IMG/VR virus record: IMGVR_UViG_3300046779_002444
Span: 1-35,940 of that record
Source: a virus
Taxonomy: Duplodnaviria > Caudoviricetes
Reading direction: 5' to 3' (one strand)
DNA length: 35,940 nucleotides
Positions 1 through 9,014 of this stretch are shown piece after piece; positions within the stretch are counted from its first letter, which is position 1; every line of letters starts with the position of its first letter. The notes beneath the pieces are model-generated. The model was not told where the DNA came from. It saw nothing but the letters and a program-made list of their open reading frames with translations, and made no database searches. The translations under genes were made by a program, and so were the position numbers.

Positions 1-2
1 AT

Positions 3-248
3 ATGAAACATGTTAAACTGAAGGATCATGCTGAAGAATTTTTGTATGCGGCATACATTAAAAAATACAGTAACAATTTGGTAGAATTTAAAAAATATAA
101 TTATTGGCAACCCACCTGGCTTCGTAGTGCCGATCCAGTTGGTTTGGTAGAAGTACAGTCTTGTATAGAAGAAGGTTATTTTCTTGCCAAAAGGGTGTCC
201 AGAGAGTATAATAATGATGTGAGAACTTATATTAGGGAATTAAAATAA
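3..248 (+). CDS. hypothetical protein (possibly the C-terminal part of a gene starting upstream of the window)
   Basis: ORF at the window edge; its stop overlaps the next start (TAATG). Confidence 0.55.
   Translation: MKHVKLKDHAEEFLYAAYIKKYSNNLVEFKKYNYWQPTWLRSADPVGLVEVQSCIEEGYFLAKRVSREYNNDVRTYIRELK
184..212 (+). promoter_or_regulatory. sigma70-type promoter
   Basis: TTGCCA-17bp-TATAAT upstream of the gene at 248. Confidence 0.55.
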
Positions 249-1276
249 TGCATGTAATTGTACCAGCCGCAGGTTTATCCACAAGATTTCCAGGCATGAG
301 GCCGAAATACTTGTTGTATGACTATAAACATGATTTGATGATTGCAAATGCGATTGATCCTTTCATAAATCGAGGTTACAAAGTAACAATTGGTATTCTA
401 AAAGAACACGATGAAAAGTATAATGCAAGTGAATTCTTAAAATATGAATTTGGCAATTTAATTAACATCGTTGTATTGGATGAACCAACTAAGGGTCCTG
501 CTGACACAGTATATCAGATTATAGAAAAACTTGGTCTGTATAGTGAGGAAATTCTAATCAAAGATTGTGATAGTTTTTTTGAACACAAAATACAAGAAGG
601 CAATTATGTCTGTGTGTCTAAAATCTCCCAACACGAAGTATTAAAAAAACTTGCATCTAAAAGTTTCACGGTATCTAACAATCAAGGTATCATCACCGAT
701 ATTGTGGAGAAAGAAGTAGTATCAGATACGTTTTGTGTTGGTGGTTACAAATTTTCTTCAGCATTACTGTACAAAGAGTCTTTTAAACGTTTGACAAATA
801 ATCGTGAAGTGTTTGTTTCAGATGTTATTGGTATGTTGATTGGTGATTTACAAATTTTCAAAGAAGTTGAAGTTACTAACTATACTGATGTTGGAACATC
901 ACAAGATTGGTTTGAATACAATAACAAACCTGTAATATTCTGTGATATAGATGGAACAATCATTAAATGTCAAAGTCGTGTTGGTGAAAATAGTTATCAA
1001 TCTCCTGCAATTGTTTTGCGGAATAATGTTGATAGACTTTTAGAGTTACAGAAACAAGGTGCTCAAATCATCTTCACAACAGCCAGAAAACCATTGTTCA
1101 TGGAAGAAACACGTAAAATGTTAGATGGTTTAGGATTTGCAAATTGTAGACTCATTATGGGTTTGTTAAATTCTAGACGAATTCTGATTAATGATTTTAA
1201 TAATGCAAACCCATTTCCACGAGCAGAAGCAATTAATATCTTCCGTGACACCGATGAATTGAATAGGTTTCTATGA
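248..1276 (+). CDS. sugar-nucleotidyltransferase-like (GT-A fold) domain fused to a C-terminal HAD-family phosphatase
   Basis: N-terminal VIVPAAGLSTRF..PK NTP-transferase motif, DCD, DVGT; C-terminal IFCDIDGT (HAD motif I), FTTAR, INDF. Confidence 0.8.
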   Translation: MHVIVPAAGLSTRFPGMRPKYLLYDYKHDLMIANAIDPFINRGYKVTIGILKEHDEKYNASEFLKYEFGNLINIVVLDEPTKGPADTVYQIIEKLGLYSEEILIKDCDSFFEHKIQEGNYVCVSKISQHEVLKKLASKSFTVSNNQGIITDIVEKEVVSDTFCVGGYKFSSALLYKESFKRLTNNREVFVSDVIGMLIGDLQIFKEVEVTNYTDVGTSQDWFEYNNKPVIFCDIDGTIIKCQSRVGENSYQSPAIVLRNNVDRLLELQKQGAQIIFTTARKPLFMEETRKMLDGLGFANCRLIMGLLNSRRILINDFNNANPFPRAEAINIFRDTDELNRFL

Positions 1277-1959
1277 TACCTGACAAAAATCTATTCATCG
1301 TTACTTCTTCACTCAAACCAAACATGGGTGTATTTCCTGATGACCAAAGGTTCTCACAAACAGTTTCATCTTTGAAATCAATCAGAAAGGTTGTTCCAGA
1401 TGCATTTATTGTATTTTCGGATGTATCTGTAAGGAATCTGTCAGATTTGGAACGTGAAACAATTGCAGGCCTATGCAATGCCTATATTGATTTAAGTCAA
1501 CAACCTGATGTTAGAAAATTATCAATCAATATGCAGAAAAGTCAGGCTGAAAACGTTTTGATGTTTTATACGTTACATACATTAAAACAAAATAATCTGT
1601 TGAAAGATGTAAAACGTATTTTTAAATTCTCTGCAAGGTCCGAACTGGAAGATAGTTTTGATATTACTGAATATGATAATCTGTTTGGTAAATTTGTATT
1701 CAAAACTAAAATACCAACATGGATGGCACCTGTACAATTCGGTGCCACTCATTTATTGATTACTAGAATGTTCTCCATGTGTGCATCTTTAGTTGACACA
1801 TATTTAGGTCTAATTGCAAAAAATATTGATTTAAGTTTTGCTGGGTTGGACACAGAACATGCACACTTCTTAACTATTCCACAAAAAAATTTAGTTGAGT
1901 TTGACAAGATACATTGTTGGGGTTGGTTGGCAGGAAACGGTCAAATCGAACATTATTGA
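1273..1959 (+). CDS. hypothetical protein, possibly glycosyltransferase-like
   Basis: Coupled to the upstream gene (ATGA); FIVTS..R..QT..S..SIR, FKFSAR and DTEH patterns resemble proteins in phage glycan-modification clusters. Confidence 0.5.
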   Translation: MIPDKNLFIVTSSLKPNMGVFPDDQRFSQTVSSLKSIRKVVPDAFIVFSDVSVRNLSDLERETIAGLCNAYIDLSQQPDVRKLSINMQKSQAENVLMFYTLHTLKQNNLLKDVKRIFKFSARSELEDSFDITEYDNLFGKFVFKTKIPTWMAPVQFGATHLLITRMFSMCASLVDTYLGLIAKNIDLSFAGLDTEHAHFLTIPQKNLVEFDKIHCWGWLAGNGQIEHY

Positions 1960-2015
1960 GCACTATATATTAAGTCCAACATTTCAAAAAGTTGAATATG
2001 TGTGGCAGAATGTAT

Positions 2016-2023
2016 TATAAATA
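2016..2023 (+). promoter_or_regulatory. T4-type late promoter (gp55 sigma)
   Basis: Exact TATAAATA in the intergenic region, about 45 nt before the ATG at 2069. Confidence 0.8.
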
Positions 2024-2068
2024 ATCTTACGGGCAACCAAAGTGTGTTGCATTTCTAAAGGTAAATCA

Positions 2069-3259
2069 ATGAAAACATTTAATCTTTTTCTTAAGGAAGA
2101 AGCAGAAGGCGGCGAACTTAAGCATATTCATCATGCTGAAGACCGTCCATTAATGCACGGCCATGCAGGTTTTGAACATGCACATGAAGCACTAATGAAG
2201 GCTCATGCACATATGACTGCTGGCCACAAGTCGAGTAACCTGACTATGAAATATGATGGTTCTCCATCACTTGTTTTTGGTCACCATCCAAAGAACGGTA
2301 AGTTTTTTGTTGCAACCAAGTCAGCATTCAATAAGAATCCAAAGATTAACCACACAGAAGCAGACATTGATAGGAACCATGGTCATGCACCTGGTCTTGC
2401 AAAAACACTTAAACATGCATTGAAACATCTACCAAAAGTAACACCTAAAACTGGTGTTTACCAAGGTGACCTGATGCATCATGCAGAAACCAAACACCTA
2501 CATGAAGGTGTTATTTTGGAAGCAAAAGATAGTAAAGTGTCTTTCACACCAAATACAATCACCTATACTGCTCATGGTGATGAAGCAAAAAAGATTAAAA
2601 AGTCTAAGGTTGGTATTGTAGTTCATCACAAATACAGTGATGATATGAAAAGTGCATCACCTCATGTTGACCACCACAATTTCAAAGAACATCCAGATGT
2701 TCATATTCATGGCGCAGAACACGATACAAGTAAAGTTAAACATTCCGCAGAGAATGAACATGCTTTTCAAAAACACATGGCTGCAGCTAAAAGTATTCAC
2801 GATACACATGGTCATAAAATGTATGATGCAGTTCACCACAAACACAGTGGTGAAACTGGACACCTATCTACATACATCAATAAGACAGTTAGACATGATG
2901 AAGTTCCATCCGTTAAAGGTTTCAAAGAACATTTACATGATGTACATGAAAAACAGGCAGCAAAAGTAAAAACTGAAAAAACCAAATCTGAAAAAACAGG
3001 AGAAGGCAAGTCACAGATTGCTCATGTTGAAAAACATAAAGAACATTATGGCAACCTATTTTCAATGCACCATCACTTGGCTCAAGCAAAGAACCACTTG
3101 GTAAAATCTTTGGAAACACACGAAGGCCATTATCAACACCATATTGAAGGTAAGAAATCTAAACCAGAAGGTTTTGTTGTACATCATGCCAACGAACCTA
3201 CGAAATTGGTTAACCGTCCAGAATTTGCTAAACAAAATTTGTTAAAAGTACGTAAATGA
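2069..3259 (+). CDS. DUF6267-like protein; RNA-ligase/covalent nucleotidyltransferase-like, His-rich, probable head internal protein
   Basis: TMKYDGSP (KxDG motif I), YQGDLM, PEGFVV (motif IV), TKLV (motif V); start MKTFNLFLKEE after AAGG. Confidence 0.7.
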   Translation: MKTFNLFLKEEAEGGELKHIHHAEDRPLMHGHAGFEHAHEALMKAHAHMTAGHKSSNLTMKYDGSPSLVFGHHPKNGKFFVATKSAFNKNPKINHTEADIDRNHGHAPGLAKTLKHALKHLPKVTPKTGVYQGDLMHHAETKHLHEGVILEAKDSKVSFTPNTITYTAHGDEAKKIKKSKVGIVVHHKYSDDMKSASPHVDHHNFKEHPDVHIHGAEHDTSKVKHSAENEHAFQKHMAAAKSIHDTHGHKMYDAVHHKHSGETGHLSTYINKTVRHDEVPSVKGFKEHLHDVHEKQAAKVKTEKTKSEKTGEGKSQIAHVEKHKEHYGNLFSMHHHLAQAKNHLVKSLETHEGHYQHHIEGKKSKPEGFVVHHANEPTKLVNRPEFAKQNLLKVRK

Positions 3260-5055
3260 AATCATTTTTAGAAGTTATACAAGAAGAAAAGAGTGGTGAA
3301 AAACACCATGTCTTTACTTTTGGTAGAATGAATCCACCTACAACTGGCCATTTGAAATTAATTGATAAGGTCAAAGAGGTTGCTAAAAAACATGGTGCAA
3401 CACATTCAGTTGTAACATCACATTCACAAGATGCAAAGAAGAATCCACTTTCAGCTTCACAAAAATTAAAACACCTGAAACGTTATTCTCCAGGTACACA
3501 CTTTGAAGCATCTTCTAAAGAACATCCAACATTCTTACATCATGCTGCACACCTACACAAGAAAGGTGTAACTCACCTACACATGGTGGTTGGTTCTGAC
3601 CGTGTGCATGAAATGAAATCTAAATTACAACACTATAATGGTAAACATGAAGGTGCATTGTATAATTTTAAAAAGATTCACGTTCATTCCGCTGGCCATC
3701 GTGATCCAGATGCAGAAGGAACAACTGGTATGTCAGGCACCAAGATGCGTGAACATGCCAAGAATAAAGATGTGGGAAAGTTCAAACAAGGCGTTCCAAG
3801 TCATGTTTCCGATGCTCATACAAAAGAGTTGATGCACGATACAAGAAAAGGTATGGGATTACACGAAACTTACAATCGTGGTTTATTTAAAGCCATCTTT
3901 GTGACTGGTGGTCCAGGTTCTGGTAAAGATATTGTAATCCGTGAAGCCATCGCAGAGGCTAAGGCAGTAGAATTGAATTCAGTACAGGCTTTTGATTATT
4001 TGATGGACAAACAGAAGTTGGCTGAAAAGTCTAATGACTTCCGTAGAGAAGCAATTAGAAATCGTGGTCCTTTGATTATTAATGGACCTGCGGATGACCA
4101 TACACGCATCATTACAGTTAAAGAAGAACTGGAAGAACTTGGTTACGAGACAATCATGGTATTTGTCAACACAACCAACGAAGCAAGTCAAGAAAGAAAC
4201 CAACGTCTATCTAAAATGATTGCTGAATCGGTAAGACGAGAAAAGTGGGAACTTGCTCAAACCTGTAAAGAATCTTATACACAGAACTTCGATAATTTCA
4301 TATACTTTGATAACAGTGCAGAAATTGAGTCGATTGAAGAAGATATTACTGACACCTACAAACAAATAAATACATTCATAGACAGTAAAAACTATGGCGA
4401 TATCTCTTATGCGTGGTTGGAAAATCATGGTAGGTTAAATCCCAATGAACCATTTAATTATTTTAAGGAAAATTATTATGCTAAGAAAAGTACTAGATTG
4501 GTTGAAACTAAAGCCAAAGGTCCAAGAGTCCACAGTTCAGGAGGCCCAAAAGCCGATGGACCAGACGATATCAGTGCCGACAGTAGAGCCAGTGACGCCA
4601 ATGCCGGAGATATCAAGTGGAACGGAGGTAAAAAGCGAGGAAGTTACATCTTCAAAACCTACAGTGAAGAAAAAACCAGCAGCCCGCACATCCAAGTCTT
4701 CCCCAGTCCAAAAGAAAGCAACTTCTCCAAAGACAAAGAAAAAGTAAGTAAGAAAAAGTTTACCGATGTTCCGACAGTAAGTCAAAGACTTAGAAATGTT
4801 ACGACCATCGGTCAAGAATTCGATACACGCCAACAGGGAACAGTATACCCTATGTCAGGTCTAGGCGATGTAACATATAGAGAACAAGTAGACTTTAAGA
4901 ATTTTAGAAGTAAGATTAAAGAGGCGATTGATGATCCTGGTGCCAACGACATGGGTGTTGCTGGTACTTTGGGTGGCGCATCTAATAAAGAGCCAATGCA
5001 ATCTTATAAAGACCCGGACAGAAATGTCACTATAATTAAAAAGAAGAAAAAATGA
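3256..5055 (+). CDS. cytidylyltransferase/NMNAT-like domain fused to a P-loop kinase and low-complexity C-terminal modules
   Basis: FGRMNPPTTGH, VVGSDR and MSGTKMR (HIGH-superfamily); IFVTGGPGSGK Walker A and LEELGYETIMVFV..E....RN..R (zeta/AAA_33-like kinase). Confidence 0.8.
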   Translation: MKSFLEVIQEEKSGEKHHVFTFGRMNPPTTGHLKLIDKVKEVAKKHGATHSVVTSHSQDAKKNPLSASQKLKHLKRYSPGTHFEASSKEHPTFLHHAAHLHKKGVTHLHMVVGSDRVHEMKSKLQHYNGKHEGALYNFKKIHVHSAGHRDPDAEGTTGMSGTKMREHAKNKDVGKFKQGVPSHVSDAHTKELMHDTRKGMGLHETYNRGLFKAIFVTGGPGSGKDIVIREAIAEAKAVELNSVQAFDYLMDKQKLAEKSNDFRREAIRNRGPLIINGPADDHTRIITVKEELEELGYETIMVFVNTTNEASQERNQRLSKMIAESVRREKWELAQTCKESYTQNFDNFIYFDNSAEIESIEEDITDTYKQINTFIDSKNYGDISYAWLENHGRLNPNEPFNYFKENYYAKKSTRLVETKAKGPRVHSSGGPKADGPDDISADSRASDANAGDIKWNGGKKRGSYIFKTYSEEKTSSPHIQVFPSPKESNFSKDKEKVSKKKFTDVPTVSQRLRNVTTIGQEFDTRQQGTVYPMSGLGDVTYREQVDFKNFRSKIKEAIDDPGANDMGVAGTLGGASNKEPMQSYKDPDRNVTIIKKKKK

Positions 5056-5264
5056 AATCTTTCAAACAATTTTTAGATGAAGCTAATAGTCAAACTATGA
5101 AGCAAGATTCTGATGAAATTAATCGCCAAAAGAAACATTTGATGGACAAAGCAAAAGAATATAGTGACCAAGCTGAACGGGAAAAACATTTCGGCCACGG
5201 TGGCGCCGCACAAGCAAAAGCTGAAACTTTTATTGCAGCTGCAAAAAATATCAAAGGAGCATAA
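5052..5264 (+). CDS. small putative head internal protein
   Basis: N-terminus MKSFKQFLDE resembles the T4 capsid-targeting sequence. Confidence 0.65.
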   Translation: MKSFKQFLDEANSQTMKQDSDEINRQKKHLMDKAKEYSDQAEREKHFGHGGAAQAKAETFIAAAKNIKGA

Positions 5265-6506
5265 ATGATTAACTTAAAAAAACAAGACTCTATTGCTGAT
5301 GCAGTAAAAGAAATTTTACAACAAGAGGCACTAAAGGGCAATCAACACAAGATTGATAAAAACAAGAACAACAAAATTGATGCGGAAGACTTCAAACTTC
5401 TACGTAAAGAAGAAAATGTTGATGAGGCTCTGAAAGGCAATCAGCATAAGATTGACAAGAATAAAAATAATAAGATTGATGCAGAAGATTTTAAACTTCT
5501 TCGCAAAGAAGATACTGTTGAAGAAAATGCATTTGATTATAAGAGTCCTCGTCAACCAGAACCAAATGGTGGTTCAGGCGTGAAAAAAGGAACTCGTTAT
5601 GGTGGTTCTAAACAAAAAGAAAAACCAGAACAAGAAGAATCAAAAGAAAAGAATGAATCTTCTTATTTCAAAGAACGTTTGATTGAAAAGGCCATGTTGA
5701 AAATGGCTGCTAAGAAAGTATTCAAGGCCTTGACTGGTGGTTCCGATGAAGACCAACGCAAAGACTTGCAACGCAAGATGGGTGTACCACAAACTGGTCA
5801 GAAACCAACTCAAAAAGAAGAAGTTGAAATTGTTTATGAAGCAAATATTGAACCAACAAGCGCAAAGTCCAGGTCACATATAAGTAACCTTTCAAATCCT
5901 ACTGTGAATTCGGTGACTCATCAAGGAAAACAAATTGGTCTAATCACTAAACAACCAAGCGGAGAATATCATGCTCATCATTCTGCTGCAAAGTTGGCTC
6001 ACGCAAAAAGCGGAACATTTGATACTAAGGATAAGGCACATCAGTTTATTCGTAATGCTCATGCTGATGCTATTAAAAAAGGTACATTAAGTGATAAATT
6101 TTCAAAGGCTAATGAAGAAGTTGAACAGATTGATGAACTATCAAAATCAACTTTAGGTTCTTATGTAAAAGGTGCAGCAAGAGATGTTGGTGTTTCTCGT
6201 AAACTTAGTGCTGACTTTGAAAATAGGGCAGATAAGTCTAGAAATGCTAGCGCAAAGACAGCAAATTCTAGTATTTCTAAAAGATTCAATGACATAGCCA
6301 AAAAGCGTCAGGCAGGAATTGGCCAAGCAGTTGAACGTTTAACAAAGGAAGAAAATGAGTTAGATGAAGTTGCACCTCCAGGTTTTGAAGGTACAGTTAA
6401 AGCCATGAAGAAGTACAAGAAGATTGATAATCCATTTGCACTAGCGTGGTCTATGAAAAACAAGGGTTACAAGTCTCACAAAAAGGCTGACGGTTCAGAT
6501 AAATGA
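5265..6506 (+). CDS. putative head internal/core polyprotein with EF-hand-like repeats and basic modules
   Basis: GGAG RBS; two copies of DKNKNNKIDAEDF; modules separated by EExxxDE acidic linkers. Confidence 0.65.
   Translation: MINLKKQDSIADAVKEILQQEALKGNQHKIDKNKNNKIDAEDFKLLRKEENVDEALKGNQHKIDKNKNNKIDAEDFKLLRKEDTVEENAFDYKSPRQPEPNGGSGVKKGTRYGGSKQKEKPEQEESKEKNESSYFKERLIEKAMLKMAAKKVFKALTGGSDEDQRKDLQRKMGVPQTGQKPTQKEEVEIVYEANIEPTSAKSRSHISNLSNPTVNSVTHQGKQIGLITKQPSGEYHAHHSAAKLAHAKSGTFDTKDKAHQFIRNAHADAIKKGTLSDKFSKANEEVEQIDELSKSTLGSYVKGAARDVGVSRKLSADFENRADKSRNASAKTANSSISKRFNDIAKKRQAGIGQAVERLTKEENELDEVAPPGFEGTVKAMKKYKKIDNPFALAWSMKNKGYKSHKKADGSDK
5325..5522 (+). repeat. tandem 99-bp (33 aa) intragenic duplication
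   Basis: EALKGNQHKIDKNKNNKIDAEDFKLLRKE occurs twice, with synonymous divergence at the DNA level. Confidence 0.9.
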
Positions 6507-6685
6507 AATCATTTAAAGAATTCAAATCATTAATGGAAGGTCGTCCACCTACAACTCAGATGGACGAACCTTTTGTTACAGATGCAGAAAACAAACCTTT
6601 GAATTATGCAAAGGATTTGGCTGCAAAAAGTTTGAAGAAAATCAAGAGTGATTTGACCGGTCAAAAAGATAAGGTACAAAAATGA
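6503..6685 (+). CDS. small putative head internal protein
   Basis: MKSFKEFKSLME N-terminus; ATGA coupling at both ends. Confidence 0.65.
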   Translation: MKSFKEFKSLMEGRPPTTQMDEPFVTDAENKPLNYAKDLAAKSLKKIKSDLTGQKDKVQK

Positions 6686-7884
6686 GTAATAGAGCAGAAC
6701 TATTAAAATCAATCATCAAAGGCACCTCTGATATTTCGGAAGATGCTTCATTGGACAAATATCTTTTATCTAGAGGTATTAATCCTAAGTATGCTACTAA
6801 AGACCAAAAGGTTGCACATTCAAAGACGGGTCAATTTATTAAGTGGAAAAATGACCACATGAGAGATTTAGGTGAAGCAGTTGACAAAAAAGATACAGTT
6901 ACAATGGATATTCCTTTGTTGATTCGTGTTTTGGAGTTGACCCGTGAAGATATAAAAACAGACATGGACTTGCATCGTGTAGTGGAGAAGTTGATTAACA
7001 TACGCAATAAAGGTATGTTGACGATGAAAGACTATAACTATATTGCAAAAATTCATGAAGAAGTTATGTCTCAAGTATCTCCAGAAGTTATTGAAAAAGT
7101 TGAACGGATTGATGAAATTTCAACTACTGGGTATCACGCAGCTGCCATTAAGAGTAGACAAGATGCTGCTGTTAAAGTAATGTCCAGTATGGGCCAAGAC
7201 AAACAAGCAAAAACAAAACTTGATGCTCGTAACAGAGGACTTAAAAGATTAAGTGACAGAACATCAGCTGAAATGAAAAAGGCTAATTCTGGTCCACAAA
7301 GACCAGCACCAGTACATAAACCTCCTACAGAAGCAGAATTGCGTGGTTACGGCAAAGGTCGTTACATGGGTGATTCCGTTGAACATGACAACGAAACAAT
7401 GGTAGAAGCACAATCTGCTGCAATTCGTTTTCAAAAAGCACTTCAACGTGAAAAAGCAAAGCGTGAAGAACAAGAACGCAAAGATGCTGAATCTAAAGCT
7501 CGTGCAGAAAAACTATTGAATCCACCGAAAGTTAATGAATCTGATTGTTCTTGTTCTGATGTTCCTCCACAGGAAAAGGACAAGAAATTGATTCAAATGT
7601 CCAAGTCAGCTAGAATCATTAAGTCTATCTACAAGAAAAAAGGTGTGGCGGAAGAAATGTACGACCACGAAAAAGAAGATAAATCGGTGGCAACATATGG
7701 TAAAAAACCAAAAATCAGCACAACCGATCCGAAACAAAGTATGGGTGAAAGAAAACCAGATGCTGCAGCCGTACTGACAGGTGGAACAACATTAACAGGT
7801 CAACCTAGAGACACAGTTGAGATTGACCCTATGATGAGAAAACGTCCAGGACCTGATATTCCTGGTAAAAAACAGGTAAGATAA
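6682..7884 (+). CDS. putative virion internal polyprotein
   Basis: Basic modules separated by ISE/LGE/IHEE/IDE/MVE/VNE/VAEE sites; late-operon context. Confidence 0.6.
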   Translation: MSNRAELLKSIIKGTSDISEDASLDKYLLSRGINPKYATKDQKVAHSKTGQFIKWKNDHMRDLGEAVDKKDTVTMDIPLLIRVLELTREDIKTDMDLHRVVEKLINIRNKGMLTMKDYNYIAKIHEEVMSQVSPEVIEKVERIDEISTTGYHAAAIKSRQDAAVKVMSSMGQDKQAKTKLDARNRGLKRLSDRTSAEMKKANSGPQRPAPVHKPPTEAELRGYGKGRYMGDSVEHDNETMVEAQSAAIRFQKALQREKAKREEQERKDAESKARAEKLLNPPKVNESDCSCSDVPPQEKDKKLIQMSKSARIIKSIYKKKGVAEEMYDHEKEDKSVATYGKKPKISTTDPKQSMGERKPDAAAVLTGGTTLTGQPRDTVEIDPMMRKRPGPDIPGKKQVR

Positions 7885-7887
7885 ATA
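7880..7887 (+). promoter_or_regulatory. possible late promoter variant
   Basis: GATAAATA (7/8 match to TATAAATA) about 33 nt upstream of a structural gene that has an AAGGAG RBS. Confidence 0.5.
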
Positions 7888-7919
7888 CAAAGATAACCCT
7901 CGGTTAAAAGGAGAAAAAA

Positions 7920-8600
7920 ATGTCATCTTGGGGAAATAACGATAACGCAGCTAACGCACCATACTGGGCCGTTAACTCAACAATGTCAAAACAGAATCCA
8001 AACGTTGTGGCACCAACAGCAGCCAACGTGGCCTTGCTTTATGCAAACACCACCAGTGATGCTTATAGAAGCGGCCAAACAATTGGTGTTTTTGGTGTTG
8101 ACGCACAAGAATCTTTGGCAACACATGCACAACACACTGGTTGGGTACTAAGAACTACAGGTTCTGGTGGCCGTGCTGGTCGTGTTCAGAATGAAGTTTT
8201 GGTTGCATTGAGTGGTATGAGTTCAGACGGTACTGATGGTGATGGACAAACTTATGCTAACGTTTCTATTACATTGACTGGTCCAGATAGTGCATCAGTT
8301 CTTGCTAATGCAACATACTTTGCTAACGTAACATCATTCACTGTAACACCTACATTAGTTGGTAACACTGCTGCAACATTGACTTATCAATGGCAGTACA
8401 ACAATGCAAGTGGTTCAGATGGTTGGGCAAACATTCCAGCAAACACCAACCCAATTCAATGGTCTGGTAAGACTTCTGCTACATTGCAAGCACGTCCTGC
8501 AACAACAGCTAATAACGGCACCGTATTGCGTGTGGTTGTAACAGCTGGTGACGCAGGTGTAACAGCAACATCAGCTAACGCAGTATTGACTGTAGCTTAA
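7920..8600 (+). CDS. virion structural/decoration protein with a C-terminal Ig-like domain
   Basis: HTGWVLRTTGSGGRAGRVQNEVLVA motif seen in T4-like structural proteins; LTYQWQ..W.NI..T.ATL...NGT..RVVV...S..AVLTV Ig I-set pattern. Confidence 0.7.
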   Translation: MSSWGNNDNAANAPYWAVNSTMSKQNPNVVAPTAANVALLYANTTSDAYRSGQTIGVFGVDAQESLATHAQHTGWVLRTTGSGGRAGRVQNEVLVALSGMSSDGTDGDGQTYANVSITLTGPDSASVLANATYFANVTSFTVTPTLVGNTAATLTYQWQYNNASGSDGWANIPANTNPIQWSGKTSATLQARPATTANNGTVLRVVVTAGDAGVTATSANAVLTVA

Positions 8601-8604
8601 TAAA

Positions 8605-8624
8605 AGGGGCTTCGGCCCCTCTTT
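8605..8624 (+). terminator. intrinsic terminator with CUUCGG tetraloop
   Basis: AGGGGC-TTCG-GCCCCT-CTTT directly after the stop at 8600. Confidence 0.85.
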
Positions 8625-8627
8625 AAT

Positions 8628-9014
8628 ATGTTTGATGATTTGAATGAAGATAATTTCATGATGTATGCAGTAAAATGCTATACTTCACCACATTGTATTA
8701 TGTCGGAATTTGAGGGAGACATTAAAAGAACAAAATACCTGAAAAGGTTATTTCGTAGATATAAGGTCACAAAATCCCTCAAAGAACGATTGATTTTAAA
8801 TCATATCATTTTATTGAATAATGTTTTTGGACGAGAACATACGGCAAGAATATTGTTCTATAAAACTGATGAACGTGATTATGATATATTAAAAACGTTT
8901 TTGAGTTACTTAAACATTGCACCAGATATGGTTTATGGCATCAGAGGTAAAAACATAAATGTTGCAGAAATAGCATTAGATCCAAATGTCGCAGAGATAT
9001 TAGTAAACATATGA
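8628..9014 (+). CDS. conserved hypothetical protein of T4-like myoviruses
   Basis: L.E.NF..YA...Y..P....EF..D..R.KY.KRL..RY.....LKERLILNH.I.L.NVFG signature. Confidence 0.75.
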   Translation: MFDDLNEDNFMMYAVKCYTSPHCIMSEFEGDIKRTKYLKRLFRRYKVTKSLKERLILNHIILLNNVFGREHTARILFYKTDERDYDILKTFLSYLNIAPDMVYGIRGKNINVAEIALDPNVAEILVNI

